A stretch of DNA of 64,000 bases from an uncultured Actinomycetota bacterium (lineage in GTDB: Bacteria > Actinomycetota > Thermoleophilia > RBG-16-64-13): the NCBI GenBank assembly GCA_963822135.1, contig CAWGGI010000004.1:32812-96811 (forward strand). Direction: 5' to 3'. The translations under genes and the position numbers were made by a program. Under the pieces are notes generated by a model. The model saw nothing but the letters and a program-made list of their open reading frames with translations, was not told the origin of the DNA and searched no databases. Each line of letters starts with the position of its first letter. The first letter of the stretch is position 1. Shown here one piece after another: positions 24,619 through 35,397 of this stretch.

Positions 24619-26574
24619 TCATTCGATGAATTTGCCGCGTGCCTTGTACTTGGTATGGAGCAACTCGTGGCTCTTGTGGCCGCAAGGCCCGTCGGTGAGG
24701 AACTCCTGGTAGACCCGCGTGACCGCCGGGTTCTCGTACGACTTGCGGACGTCCAGGGTCTTCTCTTCGGAGTAGATGGCCTTGGCTCGGGCAGCCCGGA
24801 TCTCGGGGCTGGTGGGAATGGGCTGGCCGCCGCCGCCCAGGCATCCGCCGGGGCAGGCCATGAACTCGACGAAATGGCACTCGCTGAACTTGCCGCCGGC
24901 CTTGATGTCTTCCATCACCTTCTTGGCATTGGCCGTTCCGTGAGCCACCGCGACCTTGAGCGTGGCGCCCTTCAGCCAATCCCAGCTGGGCACGAGGTGC
25001 TTGACGATGTCGGGGACCGGGCCCACATCGGGGATGTTGACCTCGGCGTAGCGGACGCCCTCGAACCCGCGGACGGGGACGATGTCACCCTGCTCGTAGA
25101 TGCTCTCCACTTTCCTGCCGGTCACCAGTTCGATGACGGTGCGCAGGGCGGACTCCATGACCCCGCCGGTGGCGCCGAAGATGAGACCGGAGCCCGTCGC
25201 CGTGCCGAACGGGTTGTCGAAATCGGACTTGGGCAGGCCGGGCACCTGGATGCCCGCCTGCAGGAACATCTTGCCGAGCTCGCGGGTGGTGAGGCCGAAA
25301 TCCACGTCCTTGTAGCCGCTGTCGCGCATCTCCGGGCGGTTGCACTCGAACTTCTTGGCGGAGCAGGGCATGAGCGCCACGCTGACGATGTCGGCCGGGT
25401 CGATACCCATCTTCTCCGCGTAGTAGGTCTTGATGAGCGCCCCGAACATCTGCTGAGGGCTCTTGGCCGACGAGAGGTTGGGGATGTATTCGGGATAGAA
25501 GTGCTCCAGATACTTCACCCAACCGGGCGAGCAACTGGTGAACTGGGGCAACGCTTGGTCCTTGTCGCCCAGCACCAGCGCCTTGTACAGGCGGAGGATG
25601 AGCTCCGTGCCCTCTTCGATGATGGTGAGGTCGGCCGTGAAGTTGGTGTCGAACACCTTCTCGAAGCCGACGCGACGCAGCGCGGTGTTCATCTCCCCCG
25701 TGACCGAGGTGCCCGGCTCGAGGCCGAACATCTCCCCCATGCCGGCACGCGGCGACGGCGCGGTCTGGATGATCACGTGCTTGGTGGGATCGTCGAGCGC
25801 ATCCCAGACCGGATACAGGGCAGGCGTTGCGTACAGTGCCGCGGTGGGACAGCGATTGATGCACTGACCGCAGTTGATGCACACCACGTTGAGGAGCGGT
25901 TTGTCCAGGAAGGTGCTGATGTGCACCTCGTTCGACCGGTTCACGGCTTCGAGGACACCCACTTCCTGCAGGTCGATACAGGTCCGCACGCAGCGCCGGC
26001 AGCGGATGCACTTGTTCATGTCCCGCACCACCGAATAGCTCGACGTGTCGGTGGGGATGGGCACTTCGGGATGGCCGAAGCGGAACTTGTCCACCCCGTA
26101 CTCTTCGGCCAGGGACTGCAGTTCGCAGTTGCCGTTGCGGATGCAGGAGTAGCAGTCGCCGCAGTGCTCGGAGAGCAGCAGGTCGAGCACATGCCGGCGG
26201 GCGATGCGCACCGCCTTGGAGTAGCTGTTGATGCGTATGGGTGAGGTGATGGGGTACGAGCAGGCGGCCTGCAGCGTGCGCTGGCCTTCGACCTCGACCA
26301 CGCAGATGCGGCAGATGCCGGCCACTTCGAGGTCGGGGTGATAGCACAGCGTGGGAATGCGGATGCCCATGCTCTTGGCGGCCTCGAGGATGGTAGTCCC
26401 GAAGGGGACTTTGGTCTCCATGCCATCGATGGTCACGGTGACCGTCGCCCCGATCGCCTCAGGCGATTCCGGCTCCGCCACCGGCTCGAAGAGCTGGCTG
26501 AGGGGGGCACGCCGCTTGGCCGCGTAGGTCTTCTCCCCCTTGGGAGGGAAGTCGGTCTCTATGGTATCGCTCAT
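24619..26574 (-). CDS. hydA: [FeFe]-hydrogenase catalytic subunit HydA, copy 2 (intact, 651 aa)
   Basis: 2Fe-2S (CRICVVEVEG), CGDCYSCIRNGNCELQ, CIRCRRCVRTC and CINCGQCINRCP. H-cluster motifs FTSCSPGW, MPCSAKKFE and VEFMACPGGCLGGGGQP. Confidence 0.92.
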   Translation of the reverse strand: MSDTIETDFPPKGEKTYAAKRRAPLSQLFEPVAEPESPEAIGATVTVTIDGMETKVPFGTTILEAAKSMGIRIPTLCYHPDLEVAGICRICVVEVEGQRTLQAACSYPITSPIRINSYSKAVRIARRHVLDLLLSEHCGDCYSCIRNGNCELQSLAEEYGVDKFRFGHPEVPIPTDTSSYSVVRDMNKCIRCRRCVRTCIDLQEVGVLEAVNRSNEVHISTFLDKPLLNVVCINCGQCINRCPTAALYATPALYPVWDALDDPTKHVIIQTAPSPRAGMGEMFGLEPGTSVTGEMNTALRRVGFEKVFDTNFTADLTIIEEGTELILRLYKALVLGDKDQALPQFTSCSPGWVKYLEHFYPEYIPNLSSAKSPQQMFGALIKTYYAEKMGIDPADIVSVALMPCSAKKFECNRPEMRDSGYKDVDFGLTTRELGKMFLQAGIQVPGLPKSDFDNPFGTATGSGLIFGATGGVMESALRTVIELVTGRKVESIYEQGDIVPVRGFEGVRYAEVNIPDVGPVPDIVKHLVPSWDWLKGATLKVAVAHGTANAKKVMEDIKAGGKFSECHFVEFMACPGGCLGGGGQPIPTSPEIRAARAKAIYSEEKTLDVRKSYENPAVTRVYQEFLTDGPCGHKSHELLHTKYKARGKFIE

Positions 26575-26608
26575 GTGTATGCTTCCTTGTTATAAGGAAA
26601 AGTGCCCG

Positions 26609-27812
26609 CTACCGGGACCTTTTCGCGTGTCCCATGATCTCGTCGCCGAAGCTCTCGATGATGGAGGTGAACGCCACCGAGCTCGTCTGCCCCAGACCAC
26701 ACTTGGAGGCCACCTGCATGGTGTTGCAGAGGGCCCGGAGGTCGTGCAGGTAATCCGTGGTGCAGGTGCCCTCCATGAGCATGTCCACCCCTTCAAGCAG
26801 CTTGCCGTTGCCCAACCGGCAGGGGGTGCACTGCCCGCACGACTCGTCGACGAAGAACTCGAGCAGGTTGTGAGCGACCTCCAGCATGTCGCGACCCGGA
26901 CCGATGACGATGATGGAGCCCCCGGTGGGCACATCCTCGAACGCTATGCGGCGGCTGAAAGCGGACCGCGGGACGCAGCGCCCCGAAGCTCCCCCACCTG
27001 CACGGCCTTGGCATCCTCGCCGCCGACCTCTTCCAGCAGCTCCGCGACGGTGATGCCGAACGGGAATTCGTAGACGCCCGGACGGGCGCAATCGCCGGAC
27101 ACGCTGAACAGCTTTCTCCCGGTCGACGTGGCAGTCCCGGAACTCTTGAACCAGTCGACTCCCTTGGCGAAGATGCAGGCCACCCAGGCCAGCGTCTCCA
27201 CGTTGTTGACCACCGAGGGCCGGTGCAGAAATCCCGAGACCACCGGGAACGGGGGCCGGTTCCGCGGCTCCCCGCGGAAGCCTTCCAGGGATTCGATGAG
27301 AGCGGTCTCTTCGCCGCACACATACGCTCCCGCCCCGAGCCCCACGACGATATCGAAATCGAAGCCTTCGATGCCGGCTATGCCTTTGCCCAGGAGCCCG
27401 GCCTTACGACGGGCCTCGACGACCTCTTCGAGATGATGCTTGAGATAGGCGTATTCGGCCCGCAGGTAGATCAGGCCCAGCGAGGCGCCGATGGCTCGGG
27501 CGCCGATGGTCATGCCCTCGATCACCAGTTCGGGATAGTCGGTGAGGATGACCCGGTCCTTGTACGTGCCGGGCTCGCCCTCGTCGGCGTTGCAGATTAG
27601 GTACTTGGGTTCCCGCTTCTCGGCGGCCGCGAAGTCCCACTTCATCCCCGTGGGGAATCCTGCGCCGCCGCGGCCCTTGAGCCGGGAGTCCCGCACCAGG
27701 TCGATGATGGCCCCGCGGGACATCTCCAGCGCGTTCTTGAGGCCCTCGCCGGCCGTGACGGAGTCGAAGGTCAGGCCGCGCCCCGGGTCTCGATGATGGT
27801 TTCGACGGTCAT
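26609..27812 (-). CDS. hydB: NuoF-like flavoprotein subunit (short form, no extra ferredoxin domains); two frame changes
   Basis: [66 protein letters not shown]. The ATG at 27812 overlaps the nuoE stop (ATGA). Shifts near 27780 and 26990 (ORFs 26944..27870 and 26609..27319). Confidence 0.85.
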
Positions 27813-28336
27813 CTCGCACGCTCCGGGGCTCGCTGGGTACCATGCTCTTCGGCTTTGAGGCGGTATTCATCCACGATGGCGCGAACCTTGGCCTGGTTCA
27901 GCTGGGTGTAGACCTGCTCGTTCACCAACATCGCCGGCCCCTGGTCGCACATGCCCATGCAGTTGGTCCACTGCAGGGTGAAGGTGCCGTCCGGGGAGGT
28001 CTCTCCAAAATCGAGGCCCAACGCCTCCTCGAGCTGCTTGGCGACCAGCTCCTTGCCGGCAAAATCGCAGGAAAGCGTGCGGCAGAGGCGGAACACATAG
28101 CGCCCTTCGGTCTCGGGCTGGAGGAACGCGTAGAAAGTGGCGACCGCGTAGACCTCCACCGGGTGGATGTCGAGCACGTCCGCGATCAACTGCATGGCGT
28201 AGCTGTCGACGCCCCTGTACTTGGCTTTGACCTCTTGGAGGATGGGGATGAGGCTGCTCCGGTTGTAGCCGGTCAGTTCCGCGATGGCCGTGACGTCATC
28301 GCGCAACCGATCGCGCTCGGTCACAAGGGCCATCAT
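27809..28336 (-). CDS. hydC: NuoE-like [2Fe-2S] subunit (copy 2)
   Basis: SLIPILQEVK..., RLCRTLSCDFAG, TNCMGMCDQGPA; 175 aa, intact. Confidence 0.9.
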   Translation of the reverse strand: MMALVTERDRLRDDVTAIAELTGYNRSSLIPILQEVKAKYRGVDSYAMQLIADVLDIHPVEVYAVATFYAFLQPETEGRYVFRLCRTLSCDFAGKELVAKQLEEALGLDFGETSPDGTFTLQWTNCMGMCDQGPAMLVNEQVYTQLNQAKVRAIVDEYRLKAEEHGTQRAPERAR

Positions 28337-28716
28337 TCGCCTCCCTGCTTCGCGAGAAGGGCGGCCACCAACCGCACCAGGGTGGCCGGGTCGGCCGGCT
28401 TCTCCAGGAACTCGTCGACCGGGACGATCTCTTCGTCCTTGCCGATGCTGAGACCCATGGCCTGGTTGACGCTGGTGAGCATGAGGATGGGCAGTTCGAA
28501 CCCCTTGCGCCTGAGCTGCCGCGCCAGACGCAGTCCGTCATCGGGTTCCTCCATCATCACGTCGAGGACCAGAAGGTCGGGTGCAAGAGACTCGACCGCC
28601 CGGAGACCCTCGTCGGCGTTCGACGCCGCCTCTACCGTGTAGCCCTCCCTCTCCAGGACGAGCCTACAGGCAGCGACAACGTCTGGATCATCGTCTACGA
28701 CCAAGATTTTCGACAT
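28333..28716 (-). CDS. Stand-alone response-regulator receiver protein heading hydrogenase operon 2
   Basis: ILVVDDDPD, LLVLDVMMEEPDDG, EFLEKP; 127 aa. The stop overlaps the nuoE start. Confidence 0.85.
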   Translation of the reverse strand: MSKILVVDDDPDVVAACRLVLEREGYTVEAASNADEGLRAVESLAPDLLVLDVMMEEPDDGLRLARQLRRKGFELPILMLTSVNQAMGLSIGKDEEIVPVDEFLEKPADPATLVRLVAALLAKQGGE

Positions 28717-28879
28717 GCACTCCCCCTAAACGGATGACAACACTTATCCTACCGCGCGTGCGGATGCGAACCGTCGTGGACCGCCCCCTAGTGCGCTGCA
28801 GTCTAGCACGCACTCCTCACCATCGCGCAATCGATTATCACTACGTGTATACGAGATATCGTCCCATGCTTGCGTGGTA

Positions 28880-29955
28880 TCAGCAGATACGCGGCAGAGT
28901 CTCCCCCGGCGGCATGTCGATGATCCGTTCGCCGCCGATCCTGGTGGCGAGGACGGCCTTCCCTCCCGCCTGGGCGGTGACTTCGCCGATGATCGCCGCC
29001 GAGGTTCCGAGCGGATGGGACCGGAGCGCAGCCAGGACGTCCGCCGCAGCCTGCGCGGCGCAGAACAGCACCAGCTTGCCCTCGTTCGCGACCGCGAGGG
29101 CTCGAAGCCCAGCAGGTCGCACGCGCCGCGCACGGAGCCGCGTACAGGTATGCGGGTCTCGTGGATCCGCATTCCGTATCCGCAGGCCTCGGCCATGTCG
29201 CACAGGGCGCCGGCCAGTCCTCCCCGAGTGAGGTCGCGCATGGCGTGCATCTCCGGCGCCGAATTTCCAGCACCGCCGCGGACCAGCTCCCCGAGGGGAG
29301 CGCAGTCGCTGACCAAGTCGGCGGAGAAACGAGATGCCCGAGCGCCGGGCCATGATCGCCGCGCCGTGGTCGCCCAGAAGGCCGTTCACGATGATGGCGT
29401 CGTCCGGCCGGATGCGATCGGGGCCCAGCCGGGACGACCCGACGATCCGACCGATCCCCGCCGTGTTGATGATACAGCCCGTCACATCGACCCTTCTCGA
29501 CCACCTTGGTATCGCCGGTGACCACGTTGACTCCGGCCTCCTTGGCCGTCGACCCCACCGAGCGGAGACGGCCGCCAGGTCGGCGATGGGAAGTCCCTCC
29601 TGGAGCACCAGCGCCAGGCTCATCCACAGCGGCTCTGCGCCCATGACCGCCAGGTCGTTGACCGTGCCGCACACGGCCAGCTTGCCGATGTCACCGCCGG
29701 GAAAGAACAGGGGCGGACGACGTAGCTGTCGGTGGTGAAGGCCAGGTCACAGGCCGCTGCATCGGCGGCCACGGATCCCGTGGACCCGCAGTCGCGCAGC
29801 CGGAGCACGGCGGAGTCGTCCAGCGGATGAAGGAGCGGGTTGTCGAGAACGGGCAGGATGACCGACTCGATGAGTTCCTTGGTGAGAAGGCCTCCACCGC
29901 CGTGGGCGAGCAGCACTCGGTCCGATCTGATGCGTCGTGAGCGCCCGGGACTCAT
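28880..29955 (-). pseudogene. hypE: Hydrogenase maturation protein HypE; about 7-8 frame changes
   Basis: LLAHGGGG, CGTVNDLAVMGAEP, VVTGDTKVV, MRDLTRGGLA and the C-terminal PRIC (carbamoylated Cys motif) are spread over three frames (ORFs 29620.., 28880.., 28803.., 28744..). The ATG at 29955 overlaps the hypD stop. Confidence 0.85.
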
Positions 29956-31046
29956 GAGTCCCTCCTTGTCCCGTATCGCCAGTGTGCGGCGCAGGCCCCC
30001 TCGCTGGACACCATGCAGGGGCCCTCGGGCGTGAGCGGAGAGCAGCGCCGGTCGAACAACGGACATTCGGGCGGAGCGATGACTCCTCGCAGCACGTCGC
30101 CGCAGCGGCAGCCCCGGGGCGGCTCCCCGGGCACGATCTCGACCCCGAACTTCGTGGCTGCGTCGTGCTCGCTGAACTCGGCGCGTACGGCCAGCCCGCT
30201 CCCCGGGATCACCCCGAGCCCCCTCCATTCGCTGTCGCAGGCCTCGAAGACCTGGGCCATGATCTGCTGGGCGATCTGGTTGCCCTCCCTGGTGACCGCA
30301 CGGCCGTACTCGATCTCCACTTCGCTGCGGCCCTCGGCTATCTGACAGAGCAGCATCGCGATGCCCTCCAGCAGGTCGACATCTTCGAAACCGGTCACGA
30401 CACAGGGGAGGCGATACTCGTCCGCCAGAAAGGAGAAGACCGCAGCCCCGGTGATCACACTCACATGTCCGGGGCAGATGAACCCGTCGATGGCCACGTC
30501 TCCCCCGCTCGCCAGAGCCCTCATCGGTCCCGGCATGGTCTTGAGGGCGCTCAGCACCGAGAAGTTCGCCAAGCCCTCGTCCCGGGCCGAGCGGATGGAC
30601 ACTCCCACTCCGGGGACGGTGGTCTCGAACCCCACCCCCAGAAAGACCACGGAACGCGCGGGATCTTCCCGGGCAAGCGCGAGCGCATCGGTTGGAGAGT
30701 AGACCACCTGGACGGACGCTCCCCCCGCCCTCTCCCGCTCCAGTGAGGAATCGCTTCCCGGCACCCGGACAAGGTCGCCGAACGTGGCCACCGTCACCTC
30801 GGGCCGCCGACACAACTCGATGGCCGCGTCGATGTAGCCGTTGGGGGTGACGCACACCGGGCACCCCGGACCGGAGATCAGACGCACCGATTCCGGCAGC
30901 AGGGAGCGCAGCCCGCTGCGGAAGGCCACCATGGTGTGAGTCCCGCACACCTCCATCAGCCGCACCGTGCGGCCGATGCCCGCCGAGTACTCGGCAATGC
31001 GCGACAGCCCCGACGCGCCGGCGGGATGTCCCTCGGCGATCACCAC
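29952..31046 (-). CDS. hypD: Hydrogenase maturation protein HypD
   Basis: MEVCGTHT, GPGCPVCV, FETT, and the C-terminal Cys-rich motif CRCGDVLRG...CPLF...C...PEGPCMVSSEGACAA. Intact, 364 aa. Confidence 0.9.
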   Translation of the reverse strand: MVIAEGHPAGASGLSRIAEYSAGIGRTVRLMEVCGTHTMVAFRSGLRSLLPESVRLISGPGCPVCVTPNGYIDAAIELCRRPEVTVATFGDLVRVPGSDSSLERERAGGASVQVVYSPTDALALAREDPARSVVFLGVGFETTVPGVGVSIRSARDEGLANFSVLSALKTMPGPMRALASGGDVAIDGFICPGHVSVITGAAVFSFLADEYRLPCVVTGFEDVDLLEGIAMLLCQIAEGRSEVEIEYGRAVTREGNQIAQQIMAQVFEACDSEWRGLGVIPGSGLAVRAEFSEHDAATKFGVEIVPGEPPRGCRCGDVLRGVIAPPECPLFDRRCSPLTPEGPCMVSSEGACAAHWRYGTRRDS

Positions 31047-31264
31047 GCCTCACTCGACCAGGTGCCGTCCAGCATGGCCTTCCATTCGAGGACGTCCCGC
31101 TCGGTCCACCGTTCGATGGCGAATCCGGCATGCACCAGAAGGTAGTCGCCGACGGCGACGCCCTCCACCAAGGATAGGTCGACATCGCGCCGCGCCCCGT
31201 CCACCGAGACCACGGCCTTCGTCCCCGTCACTTCCACCACTTCGCACGGCACGGCTAAGCACAT
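31040..31264 (-). CDS. hypC: Hydrogenase maturation chaperone HypC
   Basis: Begins MCLAVPCEVVE (the essential Cys2). 74 aa within ORF 31040..31489. Confidence 0.9.
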   Translation of the reverse strand: MCLAVPCEVVEVTGTKAVVSVDGARRDVDLSLVEGVAVGDYLLVHAGFAIERWTERDVLEWKAMLDGTWSSEAW

Positions 31265-33745
31265 GAGAGTTCCCCTTCGGCTGCCCGCGCCAGGGCGACC
31301 GCTACCTGCCCCAGCGAGATTCCCCCGTCGTTGCAGGGTACGGCAGAGTTGGCGTGCACGGTCAGGCCTTCGGCGGTCAGCGCGCGTGTCAAGCCGCTCA
31401 GCAGCAGGCGGTTCTGGAACACCCCGCCGGAGAGCACGACCTCCCGGAGCCCGCGCTGCGCGCAGAGGCGGACCGCGGTCTCGGCGCACGCGGCGATGAC
31501 GGTCTCGTGGAACCGGGCGGCGATGAGGCCTGCCCCGGTTCCCCGCTTCATGTCGCCCAGCAGCGCCACGAAGGCCGGTCCCAGATCGAGCTCCCAGGGT
31601 TCCTGGTCCGCGCGGATGCCGTATGGATATGGTGCGGCGGCGCCGTCCGCGGCCTCGCGGCAGGCCGCGGTCGCGGCCGTCTCCAAGCGTATGGCGCCTT
31701 GAGCCTCATATCCGGCGGTGTCGCAGTAGCCCAGCAGCGCCGCCACCGCGTCGAACATCCGCCCGGCACTGGAGGTGAGAGGGCAGTTGAGGCCCGACTC
31801 GATGAGCGTGACGATCCTGTCCGCCCGTCCATCCGCGAGCCACTCCGGCATGCGGATGCCGGCAGATACCGTCTCCCCGGCAGATGCAGACACCGTCGGA
31901 CTCGGACCCATATCCGCGAACGCGCCGGCGAGGTCGATCCCCTCGCCGTGGCACACGCTCACGGCCATCCGCCAGGGCTCGTCGATGGCCTTCTCTCCGC
32001 CCGGAAGCGGGTAGCGCCGGAACCGAGCCAGACGTTCGAAGGCGCGCCGGTCTGCCACGAGAAACTCGCCCCCCCATACCGTGCCGTCGGGACCGTAGCC
32101 CGTCCCATCCAGGGCCACTCCCAGCACCAGCTCCTGCAGCCCGCACTCCGCCATGACTCCCGCGATGTGGGCGTGATGGTGCTGCACGCCGATCAGAGGC
32201 ACGCCTTCAAGCCGGCAAGCATAGCGGGTGGAGAGATAGCCCGGATGAAGGTCATGGGCCACGAACTCGGGCTTGACCCGCAGGAGCGCGAGCCACCTCT
32301 GGATCTCCTCTTCGAAGAAGGTGTTGGTGGCGTGATCGGCCAGGTCGCCGATGTGCTGGGAGACGTAGGCATTGCCCTCCACCGCCAGGCAGAACGTGCT
32401 CTTGAGGTCGCCCCCCGTGCCGAGGATCACCGGCGAGCCGGCGGCGGCGCGAGGAGGCCGCACCGGCCGATGAGCCGCTGGCAACCTGCGAGCCGGCCGC
32501 CAGCGGAATGGGGGTGGGTACGAAACCCCGGGCCCGGCGGAGGAACCGGCGCTCGCCATCGACGAACCGCACCACCGAGTCGTCGCAGCGATGCTGGATG
32601 AGCCGGTCGTGAGTGAGGGCGGCATCCGCGATCCCTTCCCCAAGGAGAACCGCCACCTGGTCCTCGTCCTGGGCGATGGGCTCCTCGAGGTGGTTGCCAC
32701 TGGTGAGGACCAGGGCCTCGAACTCCTCCATGAGCAGATGGTGGAGGGGGGTGTACGGGAGGAAGACACCGGTGTCGTCGGTGTCGGGGGAGATGCCCGG
32801 ACCCAACAGGCCGTCGAGCACGACGATCGGGCGCGCCGCGGAGAGGAGTTCGTCCTCCTCTGGGGGCGTGACACGGAACCGCTCCCGCAGCGCGGCGAGA
32901 TCGCGGAACATCACAGCGAGAGTCTTGTGCGGCCGTTCCTTGCGCGCCCGAAGTCGATCGACGGCGTCCACATCGAAGGCGTCGCAGGCCAGGTGGTATC
33001 CCCCCAGACCCTTCACCGCCACGATCGCCCCCTGCCGGAGCAGAGCCTGCGCTCGCCGCAGCGCCTCCTCTGTCTCGGCTACGGGCCGCCCGTCGCTCCC
33101 CAGGAGAGTCAGACGTGGCCCGCACACCGGGCAGGCGTTGGGCTCCGCGTGAAAACGCCGATCGCCGGGATCCGCGTATTCCCGGCCGCAGTCCGGGCAG
33201 AGCCGGAAAGTGTGCATGGACGTGTTGGCCCTGTCGTAGGGAAGATCGCGGAGTATGGTGAACCGCGGCCCACAGTCGACGCAGTTGATGAACGGGTAAC
33301 GGAAGCGCCGGTCGCGAGAGTCGCGCATCTCGGATAGGCACGGACCGCAGGTGGCGAGGTCCGGCGGGAGTTGGACGGTGACCGCCCCGCGCGTCTCCGA
33401 AGCGACCACGTCGAACCGCTCGTAACCCTCGAGCGGCAACCTCTCCGTCTCGAGCCGCAGGATCGACGCCCGCGCGGGGACGCTCTGCTCGAGCCGCTCG
33501 AAGAAGAGAGAGACATCCCCCTCGCGCCCCTCGACCTCCAGCGTCACACCGCCCGGGTCGTTGCGCACATAGCCGGTCAGACCGCAGGCGACGGCATGTC
33601 GGTAGACGGCCGGACGGAAGCCGATCCCCTGCACCCTGCCCGCGATGGTCGCCCGCACCCGGGTGCGGGCTCCGTCTGCGCGACTTTCGGTGGCGGCGCC
33701 GCCGGCACGGTCGCCGGCTGCGCTCCATCCGTCACCAGAGTTCAT
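31255..33745 (-). CDS. hypF: Carbamoyltransferase HypF; one or two frame changes near 32440-32480
   Basis: Acylphosphatase domain (RVQGIGFRPAVYRHA), two CxxC-x18-CxxC zinc fingers (CGPCLSE...CVDCGPR; CPDCGREY...CPVCGPR), YrdC-like and Kae1-like parts (GGDLKSTFCL, HHHAH). Joined from ORFs 32252..33745 and 31255..32874. Confidence 0.88.
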
Positions 33746-33841
33746 CGCGTGACGGCTCTGACGTCACCGGAGCTCATCGCGCGGCGGTTCCGCCGTCACC
33801 GGGATTCATCGCGCGGCACCGGTGCCCTGGTGATGACGCTC
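33742..33841 (-). repeat. 32-nt tandem repeat (3 units plus a degenerate one) spanning the hypB stop and hypF start; each unit ends CGCG-ATGA
   Basis: ATG codons at 33809, 33777 and 33745, each overlapping a TGA (ATGA). The units encode MNPGDGGTAAR*, MSSGDVRAVTR* and then HypF MNSGDGW.... Confidence 0.8.
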
Positions 33842-34480
33842 GATCGCTCCGGCCACCCAGTCCACAAGACCCTCGATGCCCTGGCCCGTCCGGCAGGAGA
33901 CCTCGATGAGCGGGGCATGCGGGTTCAGCCCGCGGAAGTCCTTCACGAAGGTCTCCATATCGAAGTCGGTATGCTCGAGCAGGTCCATCTTGTTCAGAAC
34001 CAGCGCCGAGACCTCGTGGAAGAGCAGAGGGTACTTGGCCGGCTTGTCGTGCCCTTCCGCGACGCTGAGGATGCCGACCTTGGCGTCTTCGCCCAGGTCG
34101 AATTCGGCCGGGCAGGCTATGTTGCCCACGTTCTCGATGAACACCAGGTCGAGCGTCTCCAGCGGCAGCTCGGCGAGACCCCTGGCCACCAGCGCGGCCT
34201 CCAGATGGCAGCCCCCGTTGGTGAGCAGCTGGATGACGGGGACCTCGAGCGCCCCGATCCGCTGGGCGTCCCGAGTCGTGGCGATATCGCCCTCGAGCAC
34301 GGCCAGGCTGAACCGCTCGCGCAGCAGCGGGATGGTCTTCTCGAGCAGTGAGGTCTTGCCGGCCCCCGGCGCGCTGATGAGATTGAGAGCCGTGACCCCC
34401 GCCGTGGCGAGCAGCTTCCGGTTCTCTGCCGCCGCCTGATCGTTCGCCTCGAGGATGTTCTGCAGGACCTTGATCTCCAC
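33806..34480 (-). CDS. hypB: Hydrogenase nickel-incorporation GTPase HypB
   Basis: P-loop SAPGAGKTS, ENVGNIACPAEFDLGE (CH/metal motif region GGCHLEA), NKMDL. GTG start after AGAGGGAG. Confidence 0.9.
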   Translation of the reverse strand: MEIKVLQNILEANDQAAAENRKLLATAGVTALNLISAPGAGKTSLLEKTIPLLRERFSLAVLEGDIATTRDAQRIGALEVPVIQLLTNGGCHLEAALVARGLAELPLETLDLVFIENVGNIACPAEFDLGEDAKVGILSVAEGHDKPAKYPLLFHEVSALVLNKMDLLEHTDFDMETFVKDFRGLNPHAPLIEVSCRTGQGIEGLVDWVAGAIERHHQGTGAAR

Positions 34481-34497
34481 GTTCGCGCGCTCCCTCT

Positions 34498-34845
34498 TCA
34501 GTCGTCGGACAACTCAACGCTGACCAAGTTTAGCTCCTGCCCGGTGAGTAGCTCGCCACCAGGACCTCCGCACCCCGGGCAGACGAGCAGGGGGGCCTCG
34601 GCCGTGAAGACCTCGCCGCAGCGCGAGCACCTGCTCGTGGCCTCCACCATCTCGATCTCCAGCCGAGAGCCTTCCAGTGCCGTCCCCCTGGTGAGAACTT
34701 CGTAGTAGAACTCGAGACTATCCTTGACCACCAAACGCCAACTGCCGATGCGCAGCCCGGCCGACACGACCGCACGGCCCTCATGGGCGGCCCGCACCTC
34801 CTCGATCTGCTCGACCAGCGCCTGGGCGATGCCTAGCTCGTGCAC
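34498..34845 (-). CDS. hypA: Hydrogenase nickel-insertion protein HypA
   Basis: Begins (V/M)HELGIAQ. Zinc site CSRCGEVF...CPGCGG. The ORF could extend to the GTG at 34872. Confidence 0.85.
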   Translation of the reverse strand: MHELGIAQALVEQIEEVRAAHEGRAVVSAGLRIGSWRLVVKDSLEFYYEVLTRGTALEGSRLEIEMVEATSRCSRCGEVFTAEAPLLVCPGCGGPGGELLTGQELNLVSVELSDD

Positions 34846-34889
34846 CGGCGGCGATCCTTCAGAGGCGGGCACGAGTTACCATTGCGGCG

Positions 34890-35397
34890 ATGATGCGAAT
34901 GAAGACCCTCGTACTGGGAATGGGCAACCCGATACTCTGCGACGACGCGGTGGGGATACGGCTTGCCCGTGCCTGCAGCAACAGGCTGAGGGACCGCCGA
35001 CGTCGACTACGTGGTCGATTGCTCCGTGGGGGGCCTGAACATCCTCGACCTGGTGACGGGCTACGACAGACTGATCGTGTTCGACTCGATACAGGGTCGG
35101 GCGGGCCTCCTGGCGCCTGGTATGCGATGACCGGCGAGACCTTCAGGGAGACCATGAACCTGACCAACGTGCACGACGCGAATTTTACCACCGCCCTCGA
35201 GCTGGGCAGGCAGATGGGCGCGCACCTCCCCGGCCCCGAGGGACGTGCATATCTTCGCCGTCGAGATCGTCGACAACATGACCTTCTCGGAGAGTATGAC
35301 CCCCGAACTGGAGGCCGCCTACCCTGCCCTCCGTGCCGCGGTTGTGCGGGAAGCTCTCGCCCTGCTGCATACCCCTGCTAGTCCGTCCGCGGGGTAG
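34890..35397 (+). pseudogene. [NiFe]-hydrogenase maturation endopeptidase (HyaD/HybD/FrhD family); about 3-4 frame changes
   Basis: MKTLVLGMGNPILCDDAVGIRLA, ...DVDYVVDCSVGGLNILDLVTGYDRLIVFDSIQG..., ...LTNVHDANFTTALELGR..., ...DVHIFAVEIVD.... These lie in different frames, with the stop at 35395-35397. Confidence 0.8.
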
